A stretch of 53,943 bases of DNA from positions 1 through 53,943 of IMG/VR virus record IMGVR_UViG_3300024999_000139; one strand, given 5' to 3'. Position numbers and translations under genes: made by a program. The notes beneath the pieces were generated by a model, which saw only the letters and a list, made by a program, of their open reading frames with translations, was not told the origin of the DNA and did no database searches. Positions 30,486 through 41,761 of the stretch are shown one piece after another (positions within the stretch are counted from its first letter, which is position 1; the number at the start of each line of letters is the position of its first letter). Origin of the DNA: a virus (Duplodnaviria > Caudoviricetes).

Positions 30486-31363
30486 AATCTAATCTCCCTC
30501 CTATAATCCTCAATAAACCTATCTACTGCTAAATCCTTATCTTTCGCCTCAATCATAACATCAAATTCCAAATCCTTATACTTCTCAAAGAAATCTTTGC
30601 AATAATCAAAATCAATCATGTCAGAATGGCTTCTAAACGCATCAATACTCTTAGGTGAACTAAGATGTATCTTAGGTACTTTACTATCGCCCCAAGTGGC
30701 AAATATAGCTTCTAAATCTAATTCTATGCCATCATTATTACAAACAAAATGATGATAATCAAAACAAAGTCTGACTTCAGTTTTCTTGTGTATTTCCATT
30801 ATATCACCTACAGTATAACTTTTGTCATCATTTTCTAGCAAAATATGATTTCTTAATTTTACTGGCAAACTATTAAACACATTGATAAATCTTTGTATTG
30901 CTTCGGCCTTATTGCCATAAACACCACCAACATGAATGATGATATTGAAATGATCCAGACCCATAGTTTTAAGAATATTATAATGATAAAATAAATCTTT
31001 AATAGAATTATTTACAACTTCATCCCTATTGCTTGACAACACGCACATTTGAGATGGATGCATTGATAATATCATATTATTATTTTTTGCTATATTACCA
31101 ATTCTCTGCAAATCAGATTCAATCCAAGACATGTAATCAATATCTTTCATAATTTCATGCGTAACAAATGGAACAAGATCAGAACTGATTCTGAATAATT
31201 TAATTCCTTCCGAAATACAATGTTGAATTGTACGCTCAGTTTCGTTGATATTGTGAGTAATTGCTTGTTTTAATCTGTATTCACTAAATGATGCCAATCG
31301 GAATGTTTGGTATTTTGTATTGCATTTTTTACTCATACAAGCGAATCCTACATGTCTGATCAT
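30482..31363 (-). CDS. uvsE: UV-damage endonuclease UvsE
   Basis: GFAC, FRISS, HPSQ, IIHVGG, LENDD, FDYHH, HLSS, HSD, EAKDKD. Confidence 0.92.
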   Translation of the reverse strand: MIRHVGFACMSKKCNTKYQTFRLASFSEYRLKQAITHNINETERTIQHCISEGIKLFRISSDLVPFVTHEIMKDIDYMSWIESDLQRIGNIAKNNNMILSMHPSQMCVLSSNRDEVVNNSIKDLFYHYNILKTMGLDHFNIIIHVGGVYGNKAEAIQRFINVFNSLPVKLRNHILLENDDKSYTVGDIMEIHKKTEVRLCFDYHHFVCNNDGIELDLEAIFATWGDSKVPKIHLSSPKSIDAFRSHSDMIDFDYCKDFFEKYKDLEFDVMIEAKDKDLAVDRFIEDYRREIRL

Positions 31364-31389
31364 ATTATGTATTGCCTCCTTTGGGATAT

Positions 31390-31449
31390 AAACCTAATAT
31401 AATTATATTAACATTAAATAGATGTTTTTTCAATAATTATATTAGGTTT
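31390..31449. repeat. 17-bp inverted repeat upstream of uvsE
   Basis: AAACCTAATATAATTAT / ATAATTATATTAGGTTT. Confidence 0.75.
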
Positions 31450-31470
31450 TTGTGTTTGGTTGAAATAAGA

Positions 31471-32885
31471 TTACTTTTCAAAATAACAGTAAGGAGCATA
31501 ACCAGTTCCTAAATATTCAATATTTAATTCTCGGCAAGTTTTAATTGCATCTTCCTTGGTTAATTCCATCTTAATGAACTTTAATTGCGTCTCATCTTTA
31601 TTATCGTCTCTCTTATAAATATAAAACAATTTTTGCCCTCCTTCCCTCAAATAAATAATTTATCCTCTATTTAAATTATCTAACATTTTATCAAAAATAT
31701 GTCTCCGTCTTTCCATTTCATTTTTTGCACAAATTTTTAAATGTTCAATCATTTTTTGTTCGTTTTCAGGAGAATCATCTGTATCCCACAATTTTCTTTC
31801 GAAACTTCCAACACTTTCACTAAATCTACCCTTTTGAACAATTCCAATTTTGTCTTTTGGTATATTGACAAAACAATCAAAAACTAACTCACTATTACTG
31901 TTGAGTTTAATAACTTTATCGGTTTCTTTAATAATCGGTAATCTTGCCACCTCTATTTCCATTTTTGTATCAGTTAATCTTAGAGATACACCTAATATAT
32001 TCATAATATTTTCCTCCTATAAATCTTAATTTTCGTAGGTTTTACTTTCTTTTTTATCTCTTAAAACAAATAGCACAGTTAATCCAGAAATAACATATAT
32101 TAATGAAAAATTTACAACTGAGATTTTCAAGAACCCTGTAAATATAATTCCTGATAAAATATATGATGGTATTAAAAACCAAGACCTCATTTAAAAAACC
32201 TCCCTCCTAATTGTTTTAAAATTCATCTTTCCAATTATTATTCTGGATGTCTATCAGAAAATGTACCCATCCAACTTTTCAATATTTCCATCGCTTTAAC
32301 TTCTGATAAATCAGAAAATGCTTCCATTAAATAAGGTGTTGCTCCGAACATATTAGTTACACCACTTTCCCTAAGATTATCAAGAAACTCATAATATTTT
32401 TCGTTAGTATCCATTAATAATTCCACCTTTCAAAATTTCTTTCTTGCCCTATTCTACCATACCATCAATTAATAAGTCAATAATTTTTATAAATTTTATT
32501 TTTACATTTAATATTCTTAGTATTTTTACCTAAAAGTTTAATCTCATATCCATTGTCATTACAATATTTTTCTGCCTCTGGATAAGTATAAAATTCTTTC
32601 AATAATTCTTTTGTATCAAGATTTTGCAGTACCCATAACCATTTACCAGATTCATTTGTGAGAATAACTTTTACTTGCATATCATTAATCACCTTTCTAT
32701 TTAATAATTGTCAAAATAATATTACTGATGATCTCTGTTTTATTCTCATTCCCTCTAATAGAAATACCTAAACCTTTTGCAATTTTAATAACTTCTTTGA
32801 TCTTCAATGGTTTTAATATTTGTTTTACTTCATTGGGATTAGTTGAAAGTTTAATCGTATTGATAATATCTTGCATGAAATTCAC
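31471..32885 (-). other. small hypothetical genes (31471-31629, 31660-32004, 32238-32426, 32477-32692, 32697-32885)
   Basis: RBS-preceded ORFs; 32238-32426 has LRESGVTNMFGA, a motif I recall from phage proteins. Confidence 0.6.
32451..32480 (-). promoter_or_regulatory. sigma-A promoter
   Basis: TTGACT-18 nt-TAGAAT with TG extension. Confidence 0.55.
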
Positions 32886-32939
32886 CTCTCATGCCTATTA
32901 TACTACCATTTATTCCATTTTTCTACAACTAAATTCCAC

Positions 32940-33662
32940 TTAGCACGCTATATCTTCACAATACATTTCAGCCAATTGAAATATCTTCTTCTCAATTCTA
33001 CTTACGCTAACTTGACCACATCCAATTACTTCACTAACCTCTCGCTGACTTAATCCATGTAAAAATCTATATTCATAAACTTCCATCATTTTATCATCAA
33101 GCAAATTAAGAAAATCATTAATAATTATTTCATTATCCAAATCATTGCTCGTAGTCCCTACAATTAATGTTCCTAAAGCACTTCCTTTTGACTCTTTATA
33201 ACTAACACTCCTGTCCAAACTATCAAACCATCCTGCATCTAATATTTCCATTCCTGATTTGACTAATTTCAAAGGAATATTTAATTTCTCAGAAATCTCT
33301 ATTGGATTATCTTCCCTAACATATCCTGCTTTTCTGATTTTTACACTAGTTTCTTTCATTGGTCTTGGAATAGATATTAAATCATAATGATCACGAATAT
33401 TATTATGAATTTCACTAGTGATTACAGGAACAGCATATGTACTGAATTTAATATCATTTCCATTTTTACCTTTAAATTTAACAGGATTAAATTTTTCATA
33501 TGCTCTAATTAATCCTATAGTTGCAATACTTATTACATCATCTTTTTCCAACCCTTGATTATATAATTTAGGAATAAATCTCCATGCAATTTTGTGAGCT
33601 AAATCCATATTATTTGCAATGAATGTATCAGGGTCTTCTTTGATATGTGGATTAATTTTCAT
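32940..33662 (-). CDS. sigma-70 family sigma factor, SigF/SigG/SigB-like
   Basis: NMDLAHKIA, IGLIRAYEKF, FSTYAVP, SLD, LSQREVSEVIGCGQVSVSR. Confidence 0.9.
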   Translation of the reverse strand: MKINPHIKEDPDTFIANNMDLAHKIAWRFIPKLYNQGLEKDDVISIATIGLIRAYEKFNPVKFKGKNGNDIKFSTYAVPVITSEIHNNIRDHYDLISIPRPMKETSVKIRKAGYVREDNPIEISEKLNIPLKLVKSGMEILDAGWFDSLDRSVSYKESKGSALGTLIVGTTSNDLDNEIIINDFLNLLDDKMMEVYEYRFLHGLSQREVSEVIGCGQVSVSRIEKKIFQLAEMYCEDIAC

Positions 33663-33694
33663 TTTTATTTGTCTCCTTTATATGAATGAGTATT

Positions 33695-35684
33695 TTATAA
33701 TTTATCGTCTCTTGAACAATTAAATCCTTCTGGAACTTCTTTTAACGCTTCTTTATGAAGTAATATACAATATAGCTTTACAATATCAGGTTTCCCATCC
33801 TCACATGTCAGTGTTGAAAACCCACACAACAAACAACAATTTTTATCCATTATATATATCATTCCTCCTATCGAAATCTTCATTCATGTCATCTAATCCT
33901 TGATTCCCAATTTAACTTTTGCAATCTTTTTATCTAGATCACACAATTCTAAACTTAACTCTCCAACTCTCTTATTTAATGGCTTGAATTTCCATCATTA
34001 AATAAGTAATAAAAAGAAACAACAAACAAATAGTTCCAATAATATTATTTCCTTTAATAAAACTATATACAGATGATCCTCCAAACAATAATATTGTAAT
34101 AAGATTAGTATAATATTGTTTTATAAATTTTAACATATCTTTAAACCCTTCTTTCGCAAAATTCAACTAAACATCCCTATTCCTATAATTATATCTACGT
34201 TTACTAAAATCTTTAATCTCAATTTCACCTAATAAATCATTAATAGAACTTCTTTCACATTCTCTTGCACACCATCTATTCATTTCTCCTCCATCACATG
34301 TAGGTTTCCCCTCCATATCTAATCCTTCATAAGTCCCAGGATCTTCAGGAGCAATTCCTAATTCATCATCTGCTAAATAACAATAATCATTTTCGTCAGT
34401 TTCGCTTAATTGGATTTTTGGTCTTGAACTAGCTCCCCATGCTTTTTCACATTTCCCATCACAAAAGAGAATCATTTTTCTACCAAAGTATGTAATAACT
34501 TTTTGCATTTTTATTTCTCCTTTTATTTTGTATTGTTTTTCATATCTTCTTTATTCTGCATCCATTGTCTGTAGAAGCAAAATGTTGCATAATATAAAAG
34601 ACCAGATATGATTATGAAAATCGCAAACCAATCTGTTTTCATTGTTTAATTCCTCCCTATAAATTTAATATTTGCTTGGATTATTCCTTATCATCTACTG
34701 ATATTTGATGTTCATAATAATCATCCCATGCTTTTACATTCTGTGAAATCTGATCTCCACAAACAGGACAAAAATTAAACTGAATACTTTCACTAAAAGG
34801 CCAAATAACAACCTCTTCTCCCCCTCTAGATTTTATCACTTGTTTATATTCTACACCAACATAAGCGTTTCCTTCATAATTAAATACTTTTAAACTGAAC
34901 CCCATTTGACAACCATTACATAAACTACAAGTAGTATCATTTACAAACTCACAAATATTATTGTCTGCATATGTACTTCTTAATTGCCAAGTGATTTGTT
35001 TATTTTTATCTTTTAGAGAATCACAAAATTCACACATTTGTTTATCTCCTTTCTATTCTTCTCCCAATATTCTATTAACTCTTTCCTTCTCTTTATCCAC
35101 ATTAATATACTTAAACACATTAAGTCTTTCTACTAAAGTTTCTACCATATGCTTAACTTTCTTTAGTCCCTTATCATTGGATGCAATCATATATACAAGT
35201 GAAGCAAATTCAATTTGCGTTCTTTCTTTTCGTTCATTTTCATAAACGTCATTTAATCCTAAATATAGACTATTAGTTATCTTTTTAAAATAGTCTGGTT
35301 CTGCTAAACATTTTTCTCTAAGATATTGTTGAATTATAACTTCACTGTAGTCACTAAATTGTGAACTGACTACACCTTCAAACTTTTCGATCAAATTCAT
35401 TATAATTTTCCTCCTTAAATATAGATTAAAACGATTCATTTATGCTAAACCATCAAAATCATATTGCATTTAGGGCAAGCGTATAATTCAACAGTAACCG
35501 TAGATTCATAATCATAATCTCCATGATGGCATTCTTCAGTATTTTCAATCTTAAATTTACGATCTGATAAAATTTGTATAAACTTTTCATCACCTATAAT
35601 ATTAACATATCCATCTCTATTCCACTCACCTTTATATTCATAACCGCAAGCACCACATTTTTTCATATTAAACATCTCCTTCAA
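33695..35684 (-). other. small hypothetical genes (33695-33883, 33972-34166, 34681-35037, 35053-35439, 35445-35684)
   Basis: co-oriented ORFs, several Cys-rich. Confidence 0.55.
34167..34508 (-). CDS. Cys-rich hypothetical protein, paralogue of 29654..29995
   Basis: same length (113 aa) and shared motifs. Confidence 0.75.
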   Translation of the reverse strand: MQKVITYFGRKMILFCDGKCEKAWGASSRPKIQLSETDENDYCYLADDELGIAPEDPGTYEGLDMEGKPTCDGGEMNRWCARECERSSINDLLGEIEIKDFSKRRYNYRNRDV

Positions 35685-35688
35685 TTAA

Positions 35689-36060
35689 TTATACTCTCAT
35701 ATTCCACAAATCAATAGCATCATCTTCTGTTTTCCCATCATGTTTATCCACCCATGATCCTTGTGCTTCACATGATTTACATTCTACCCACATAGAACCC
35801 CATTCACCTTCATCTTGGACTTCTCCTGTTCCACCACAAAAAGGACATGGTTTAATTTCTTTTGGTTTATTTTCTTGTTCTAAAACTAAACGTGTTGCTT
35901 TTCCACAACAATTTAATCTATGAGAATAAGGGCCATAAGGAGAGATGAATCCGCAAGAATCACAAACTTGAGCATTCCCCCAACGAGTAATATAATCTTT
36001 AAGCAATTCTTTGTTTACATGTTTACTGACAATTAACGAATCTATATCAATTTCTTTCAT
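35689..36060 (-). CDS. protein with a C-terminal Lar-like (restriction alleviation) Zn domain
   Basis: IKPCPFCGG...VECKSCEA...AIDLWNMR. Confidence 0.7.
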   Translation of the reverse strand: MKEIDIDSLIVSKHVNKELLKDYITRWGNAQVCDSCGFISPYGPYSHRLNCCGKATRLVLEQENKPKEIKPCPFCGGTGEVQDEGEWGSMWVECKSCEAQGSWVDKHDGKTEDDAIDLWNMRV

Positions 36061-36518
36061 TTTTTATCACTCCTTCTTTCTTAATTCCATCCAACCACTT
36101 ACCCAATCTACTTTCGTTTACTGATAAAACACATTCACATTTTTTAAGTTTGCTAATATTTTTTGAATCCATAATAATACTGCAAACATTAATATGTTGG
36201 GAAACATAACTTACAGTTCCAAAATCAAGTAATGTTAAAATTGTTTCATCACTGGTGTCTTTTACTTTTATAATGTATTTCTTATCCATCTGTTTCAATC
36301 TCTCCATTTTTTGACAAATTTATAATTTCTACAATTTCTGCAATTGTGTGTAAATCAACTTCTTCATCTACGCTAAACCCTTCCGTCCCTAAATCCATGC
36401 CAATACACACATAAGGATTACCTCCATTGTCTTCAATATAATGTTCAACATCGTTAACATTGTGAATATGACCATCTCTATGCGAAAAGTAATAAATTTT
36501 ATCATCCATTATACTCAC
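36047..36518 (-). other. two small hypothetical genes (36047-36307, 36282-36518)
   Basis: overlapping co-oriented ORFs. Confidence 0.55.
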
Positions 36519-36571
36519 TCCTTTAATTTTTTTAACAGAACTTTAAAGTAACAGTTTAAGCTACTTTACTA

Positions 36572-37093
36572 CTAGCATTCCATATGTTTAACTAAAGTTC
36601 TAGCAACAATTTCAACTAGTTTTTGCTCTGGCGTTTCCATATTTTCTTGTTTTGATATTAACCCTACTATACCAATCACATCACCTTGATAGATTATTGG
36701 AGTTACAACTTGAGATTGATAATTAAACTCCTCTTTTACAATTCCTGTATAACCAACCTTTGTACGTCTTTCTTCCATTACTAATTGAGCTAAATTCCAA
36801 ATAGGTTTATTCAAAAATTCCTTCTTTGATATTCCTGCTACTGCTATTACATAATCTCTATCACATATTAGAGCAATGTATCCAGTAGTTTCAAATAGAG
36901 AATCTACAAAATTCTGAGCAAAATTACTTAATTCACCTAAAGGAGAATATTTTTTAAATAGGACTCCACCATCTTGAGCAAATATTTCCATAGGATCGCC
37001 TTCTCTAAGTCTTAAAGTTCTACGAATCTCTTTAGGAATTACTATTCTCCCTAAATCATCAATTCTTCTAATAATACCTGTTGATTTTGCCAT
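36572..37093 (-). CDS. spoVT: SpoVT-like regulator (AbrB-like N-terminus plus GAF)
   Basis: TGIIRRIDDLGRIVIPKEIRRTLRLREGDPMEIF...KKYSP...CDRD...PII.QGDVIG. Confidence 0.9.
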   Translation of the reverse strand: MAKSTGIIRRIDDLGRIVIPKEIRRTLRLREGDPMEIFAQDGGVLFKKYSPLGELSNFAQNFVDSLFETTGYIALICDRDYVIAVAGISKKEFLNKPIWNLAQLVMEERRTKVGYTGIVKEEFNYQSQVVTPIIYQGDVIGIVGLISKQENMETPEQKLVEIVARTLVKHMEC

Positions 37094-37142
37094 TATATAT
37101 CACTCTCTTTCTTAAAATTTATCATAGATTAAAAATATAATT

Positions 37143-37322
37143 TTATTCTATTTTTTCAATTACCCAATATCCACTAATTTCACTAAATGAAACATTACTA
37201 TGATTCTCTAATTTCTTACACTCATCAACTAACCATTTTTCGTTGTCATTGTCTAATAAAAATTGTTCCAATGTTCCTTTAAAAACATTTTCTCCATCAC
37301 ATGAGACCTGGATAATCATCAT
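37143..37322 (-). CDS. hypothetical protein (likely start MMIIQ)
   Basis: AAGGAAGTG upstream of MMIIQ; the longer track start at 37379 overlaps a promoter. Confidence 0.55.
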   Translation of the reverse strand: MMIIQVSCDGENVFKGTLEQFLLDNDNEKWLVDECKKLENHSNVSFSEISGYWVIEKIE

Positions 37323-37356
37323 ATATAACACTTCCTTTAATTTACTTCTTAGTAAT

Positions 37357-37385
37357 ATTATACGACATCCTGCAAGCAATTACAA
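37357..37385 (-). promoter_or_regulatory. sigma-A promoter
   Basis: TTGTAA-17 nt-TATAAT. Confidence 0.55.
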
Positions 37386-37399
37386 GATGTCGTGATTAA

Positions 37400-38122
37400 T
37401 TATTTTTGATTTATTGTGTATGTATCTAATCTCTTTTGTCCTAGATCACAATATGTATCATCTGTCTCAAAACCTATAAAATTCCTATCCAAACTCTTAC
37501 ATGCCAGTGCTGTAGTCCCACTCCCTATATATGGGTCAAGAATCACATCACCTTCTTTTGTAGATGCCATAATACACCTACTTGGTAATTCAATATGAAA
37601 TGTAGCAGGATGACCACTAATTTTACGCGAAACCTTTTTCATTTCCCAAACATCGGTAAAACATTGTTCGTTATTAAGTTTAGATTTTTTATCTTTATTT
37701 AAAACGAATAATAATTCATATACTGGAAAGAATCTTCTTTTGTCTACGTTGGCAGTTGATTTTAGATTTATGATTACAACCTGAGATATATTAAATTTAG
37801 ATTTATCAATCCATTCTAAAGGACTAATAATACCACCATTTACAATACGATTCTTATGATTATAAAACATAAATCCATCATCTTTTAAAACTCTATGACA
37901 CTCGTTTAATACATCTATTTGATTTTGTTGGTAAACAGATTCTTCAATCTTATCTTTATATTTATTATAGTCACCATATGTAACTCTTTTCCCATTTACA
38001 AAAGTATGAAAATCTCCACCAAGATTATAAGGAGGAGAAGTGATAATGTAATCTATTTTATCCTCTATTTGTTTAATTCCGTCTAAACAATCCATATTAT
38101 AAATTTTATTTAATTCTAATAT
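37400..38122 (-). CDS. orphan beta-class N4-C/N6-A DNA methyltransferase
   Basis: TSPPY before HPATF and DPYIGSGTT; N-terminus extends in frame to an ATA at 38122 (ILELNKIYNMDCL). Confidence 0.88.
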   Translation of the reverse strand: MLELNKIYNMDCLDGIKQIEDKIDYIITSPPYNLGGDFHTFVNGKRVTYGDYNKYKDKIEESVYQQNQIDVLNECHRVLKDDGFMFYNHKNRIVNGGIISPLEWIDKSKFNISQVVIINLKSTANVDKRRFFPVYELLFVLNKDKKSKLNNEQCFTDVWEMKKVSRKISGHPATFHIELPSRCIMASTKEGDVILDPYIGSGTTALACKSLDRNFIGFETDDTYCDLGQKRLDTYTINQK

Positions 38123-38235
38123 ATTAATCTCTCCTTTTCATTTTTTATAGTTTTACTCAAATCTAAAACCATTGCTACAAGCCACTTTCAGAGTTCGTTA
38201 CATCCTATAAAACTTAACTTTTAATCTATCGTATA

Positions 38236-39649
38236 TTAATTACTAGTAAGATATTTATTTAAAGTCAAGTCTATATTATCTTGTTTTTCTAATTCATCCG
38301 ATGGCATATCATAAACACTAATATATCCTCTTAACCATTCTCCTAACTCAAAGAAAAACTCTAAGTATAAATTGCATCCATCTTGCAACATTGGATATTC
38401 TTCTTCTAAATCTTCAACTATTCTTTCAATGTTTTCTGGATCTAATTGACCATGCCACTCCAATATATCATAAAAATTATCTAATCCTTCTACTTTTGTT
38501 AATATTCCATCATCATAAATAAAATTCTCAATAATATCTTCTTTAGTTTGCTGTATGCTTTTTATTTCTAAAAGTTGCTCTTTAGTTAAAGACATAGTCT
38601 TTTTGAAGACCATAAATGTGCCATATGATTCATAATTTGTTTCTCCATATGCATAAATCTCTATTACTGGAATGATTTTATCCTTAATAAATTGACCATT
38701 AATACGACTATACCCCATAGCTTTAGCATCATTGATTAGTTCTTGTTCTTTTTGTTTTATTCGTTGTAATTCTTTATTATAATCCATTGATTAACACTCC
38801 TTTTAATATTTATTTATCCTTTGAATCATACATTCTAAAGGGTATTTTACGTACCCCAAATTAAATACCCTATAAGTAATCCAAGAAAAACACCTTGTAA
38901 AATGCCTAAAACATAATTATGCAAAGTATAAATTCTCTCTGGCTTATCTTTATCTTTATCTTTATCTTTTATATTCATTAAATATCTATCACCTCATTAT
39001 ATAAAATCTTTAAACTCACCTTAATAACTCTTCCATCTTCCTTAAAATAACCATACTTAAACAAATCTCTAACACCAATACTTTCAACCACTAAACTCTC
39101 ATCACCTCTTAAAATATCTTCAATTTCATCAAATACAGCTTTCTCAGATTTATTAGAATAATGTAATAAAGTAAATTCTTCACCAATCGAAACAATATCA
39201 TAAGAACTATATTCTTGACCAACGTATAAATCAGTAATATAAACACAACCTTCATTTAACAAAACTTTATAAATATTATTCTTTAACTTTTTATATGCTT
39301 TCTTAACTTTTCGCTTAGATTGCAAATCTGAACCATCATATTTTGAGTATGTTAGACGTAATGGATATAATACTACGTCAAATGTTTTGGTAATTATTTT
39401 GTCGATTATGCTTTTGATATTTTGTTTTCTTGTGTATGTTGATATATTATTGTTCATTGTTTATTCATCCTCTACTTTCTCATCAATTTCATGACTCAAT
39501 AACCAAACCAATTTATCAAAATATTCATTATCTAAAATAGCCAATGCTTTTTTCAAAGGAATATCAACATCTTCCACTAAACTTTCAATAAATTCTTTAC
39601 GATTTTTATATCCTTTAGATTGATATATTTTGTTTATGTCTTTTGTCAT
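38236..39649 (-). other. hypothetical genes (38236-38787; 38847-38978, a 43-aa TM peptide with KD repeats; 38978-39457; 39461-39649)
   Basis: RBS-preceded or coupled ORFs; (TTATCT)x4 at 38944-38967 encodes KDKDKDKDK. Confidence 0.6.
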
Positions 39650-40384
39650 TTATTTAATCTCCCCCTCAATCTCAGCAACATTAAATCCTAATTCCTTTGC
39701 TTCATCAAAATCAAAACCTTCATCAGTGTGCATAATAAAAATTTTCCCCCTTAGTCCTTCAGGAATAACCTCTGTAAGCTTTCTCAATGACAAATGAACA
39801 TTGCCATCATAATCTGCTTTACAAGTATCTTGATACAAATAATCAATTTGTCCTGTTTTTAATGCATTAATAGTATTATCTTTAATATCACAAGAATCTC
39901 CACTATAATAAATAACCTCTTCATTTTCTTTTTCTTTAGTATTGTCAACCAACAATATTCCAAATGATGCAAGTTCCTTAACGTGATTTTCTTCAATATA
40001 AATTAATCTAATATTTAAACTTTCTATAGCAAAATTAGGATTTGCATTATTGTGTTCAAATTTACAATGTTCTTCAGTGACTCCCATATATTGTAACAAT
40101 CTAATAAAATCATTATCAGCAGAATGGAATATTGGTTTAATTTTCTTGATAAAATGACAATAAAATATTAAACTCCCTAGACTACCAATATGATCTGGAT
40201 GAGTATGAGTTACTGCAATATGGACTTCTGATATACCATCTAATAAATTTAGAGATAAGATTCTAGCGAAAGTTAACTCTCCACAATCGATAAGTAATAA
40301 TGTATTATTTTCTTTTATGTAGGCACTTGTGTTACCTAATTTAATATTGAATGCTGAACCTGTTCCTATAAATTTTAATTTCAT
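39650..40384 (-). CDS. MBL-fold metallo-hydrolase (RNase Z-like)
   Basis: GTGSAF, LIDCG, THTHPDH, YSGD, HL, MH. Confidence 0.85.
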   Translation of the reverse strand: MKLKFIGTGSAFNIKLGNTSAYIKENNTLLLIDCGELTFARILSLNLLDGISEVHIAVTHTHPDHIGSLGSLIFYCHFIKKIKPIFHSADNDFIRLLQYMGVTEEHCKFEHNNANPNFAIESLNIRLIYIEENHVKELASFGILLVDNTKEKENEEVIYYSGDSCDIKDNTINALKTGQIDYLYQDTCKADYDGNVHLSLRKLTEVIPEGLRGKIFIMHTDEGFDFDEAKELGFNVAEIEGEIK

Positions 40385-40413
40385 TTATTTTATACTCCTT
40401 TATTAATTTTTGT

Positions 40414-40596
40414 TTATCTACATATAAATTCACTTGCTAACTTCCAACTATATACTTCTTTGATATTATTCATAATACATTCTGCTCTAATAGTATCTTG
40501 CAAATCTTTAATGGCAGTATCTCTTTCTTCCTCAGAAAAGTTATATTTATCACTTTCTTCAAAATGAACATCAATTGTAATACTTAATCTTTTTAT
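40414..40596 (-). CDS. 60-aa hypothetical protein with ATA start (not in ORF track)
   Basis: AAGGAGG RBS; homologous to 46145-46441. Confidence 0.6.
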   Translation of the reverse strand: MKRLSITIDVHFEESDKYNFSEEERDTAIKDLQDTIRAECIMNNIKEVYSWKLASEFICR

Positions 40597-40614
40597 ATTG
40601 ATTCCTCCTTAAAT

Positions 40615-40642
40615 TATTGGGACGGAATTAACCGTCCCAATA
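40615..40642. terminator. hairpin after the replication-like gene
   Basis: TATTGGGACGG-AATTAA-CCGTCCCAATA. Confidence 0.65.
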
Positions 40643-40657
40643 CTCATTAATCTCTAA

Positions 40658-41731
40658 TTAACAATCTTCGTCATCATCTGTCCAGTCTATATAATCTGCT
40701 TCAGTCTCCCATCCCATTTCTTCTATAAAAGCACTATCATCTGTTCCAAAAGGATCTTCATTCTCATCATAAATTTTTGGTAAAGGAAGAGGTTTCTTAT
40801 TTTGCAAACCCCTTGGTTTTTCAGGTTTTTCTTTTTCTTTAAGAATATCATCTTTAGGTTTATATTCTAACTTCTCTTTTTCATCTAATAATTTTTGAAG
40901 TTCCTTTATTCTAGCATCCCTTATTTCTTCCTCAGACATTACTATATTATTTATTTTCTGCTGTACACTTCTTCTCTTATTGGAACTAATTTTATCCGTA
41001 TGTATCAATCCCTTAGAACTTACCTCTATTTCTAACTGAGCGTTAAAATTCTTTCTGTCATCCCACTTACCAATAAAAGTCGTACAATAATGTTTATCGG
41101 GAGTTAAATAACTATTATTGTATATTATTAATTCTAACTCGTCTTGTAATATTATATTGTATCTTTGAATGGTTCTAGAGTCGGATATTAATTTCTTCAA
41201 TTTTCCTTGTGCTAAATATCCTATACTGGCATCATTATTAGAAACCCTACAACATGCAATATAATATCTTATCATACTAAATTTATTAAGTTTTTTATCT
41301 TGCAAATAATCATATATTGTATCTATATTTTTATCAAAAACTTTAAAATACAATGTCTCAAGAGGTTTAGGTATCTCTACATAAAACATAGTGTCTTTAT
41401 TAATTTCTGAAAGTACAATATCTTCATATGATAAATTACACATCTTAGTTATGTATCTATTTTCTATTAATTCATCTATGATATCTCTTATTCTTGATAT
41501 TATTTTATGATTACTACTAGAATCATATTTCATATAATCAGCTAACATTTGCATCGAACAAATGGCAAGATTTTTATACTGCATATAATTTCTATACATT
41601 AAAGACAATATTGTTAATTCTTCATTAGAAATACTTAAATCATCATAAATGCTATTAGGTAATTTGATATAGTATTGAGTTTGTTCATCTTCTTCTTTTA
41701 TTATATTGTTCGTAATTGTAAAGCATCTCAC
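40658..41731 (-). CDS. probable replication initiator / wHTH DNA-binding protein
   Basis: YIKLPNSIY..LSIS..E...L N-terminus like phage initiators, acidic tail, next to iteron-like repeats. Confidence 0.5.
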   Translation of the reverse strand: MRCFTITNNIIKEEDEQTQYYIKLPNSIYDDLSISNEELTILSLMYRNYMQYKNLAICSMQMLADYMKYDSSSNHKIISRIRDIIDELIENRYITKMCNLSYEDIVLSEINKDTMFYVEIPKPLETLYFKVFDKNIDTIYDYLQDKKLNKFSMIRYYIACCRVSNNDASIGYLAQGKLKKLISDSRTIQRYNIILQDELELIIYNNSYLTPDKHYCTTFIGKWDDRKNFNAQLEIEVSSKGLIHTDKISSNKRRSVQQKINNIVMSEEEIRDARIKELQKLLDEKEKLEYKPKDDILKEKEKPEKPRGLQNKKPLPLPKIYDENEDPFGTDDSAFIEEMGWETEADYIDWTDDDEDC

Positions 41732-41761
41732 TTTCTTTTCTTAATTGCATTATTATATTAT

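Noticed and set aside
37400-38122. Restriction-modification system
   Set aside because: No adjacent restriction endonuclease recognised; orphan methyltransferases are common in such phages.
38944-38967. (TTATCT)x4 as an origin or phase-variable tract
   Set aside because: It is an in-frame hexamer encoding KD repeats in a 43-aa ORF, so slippage would not shift the frame.
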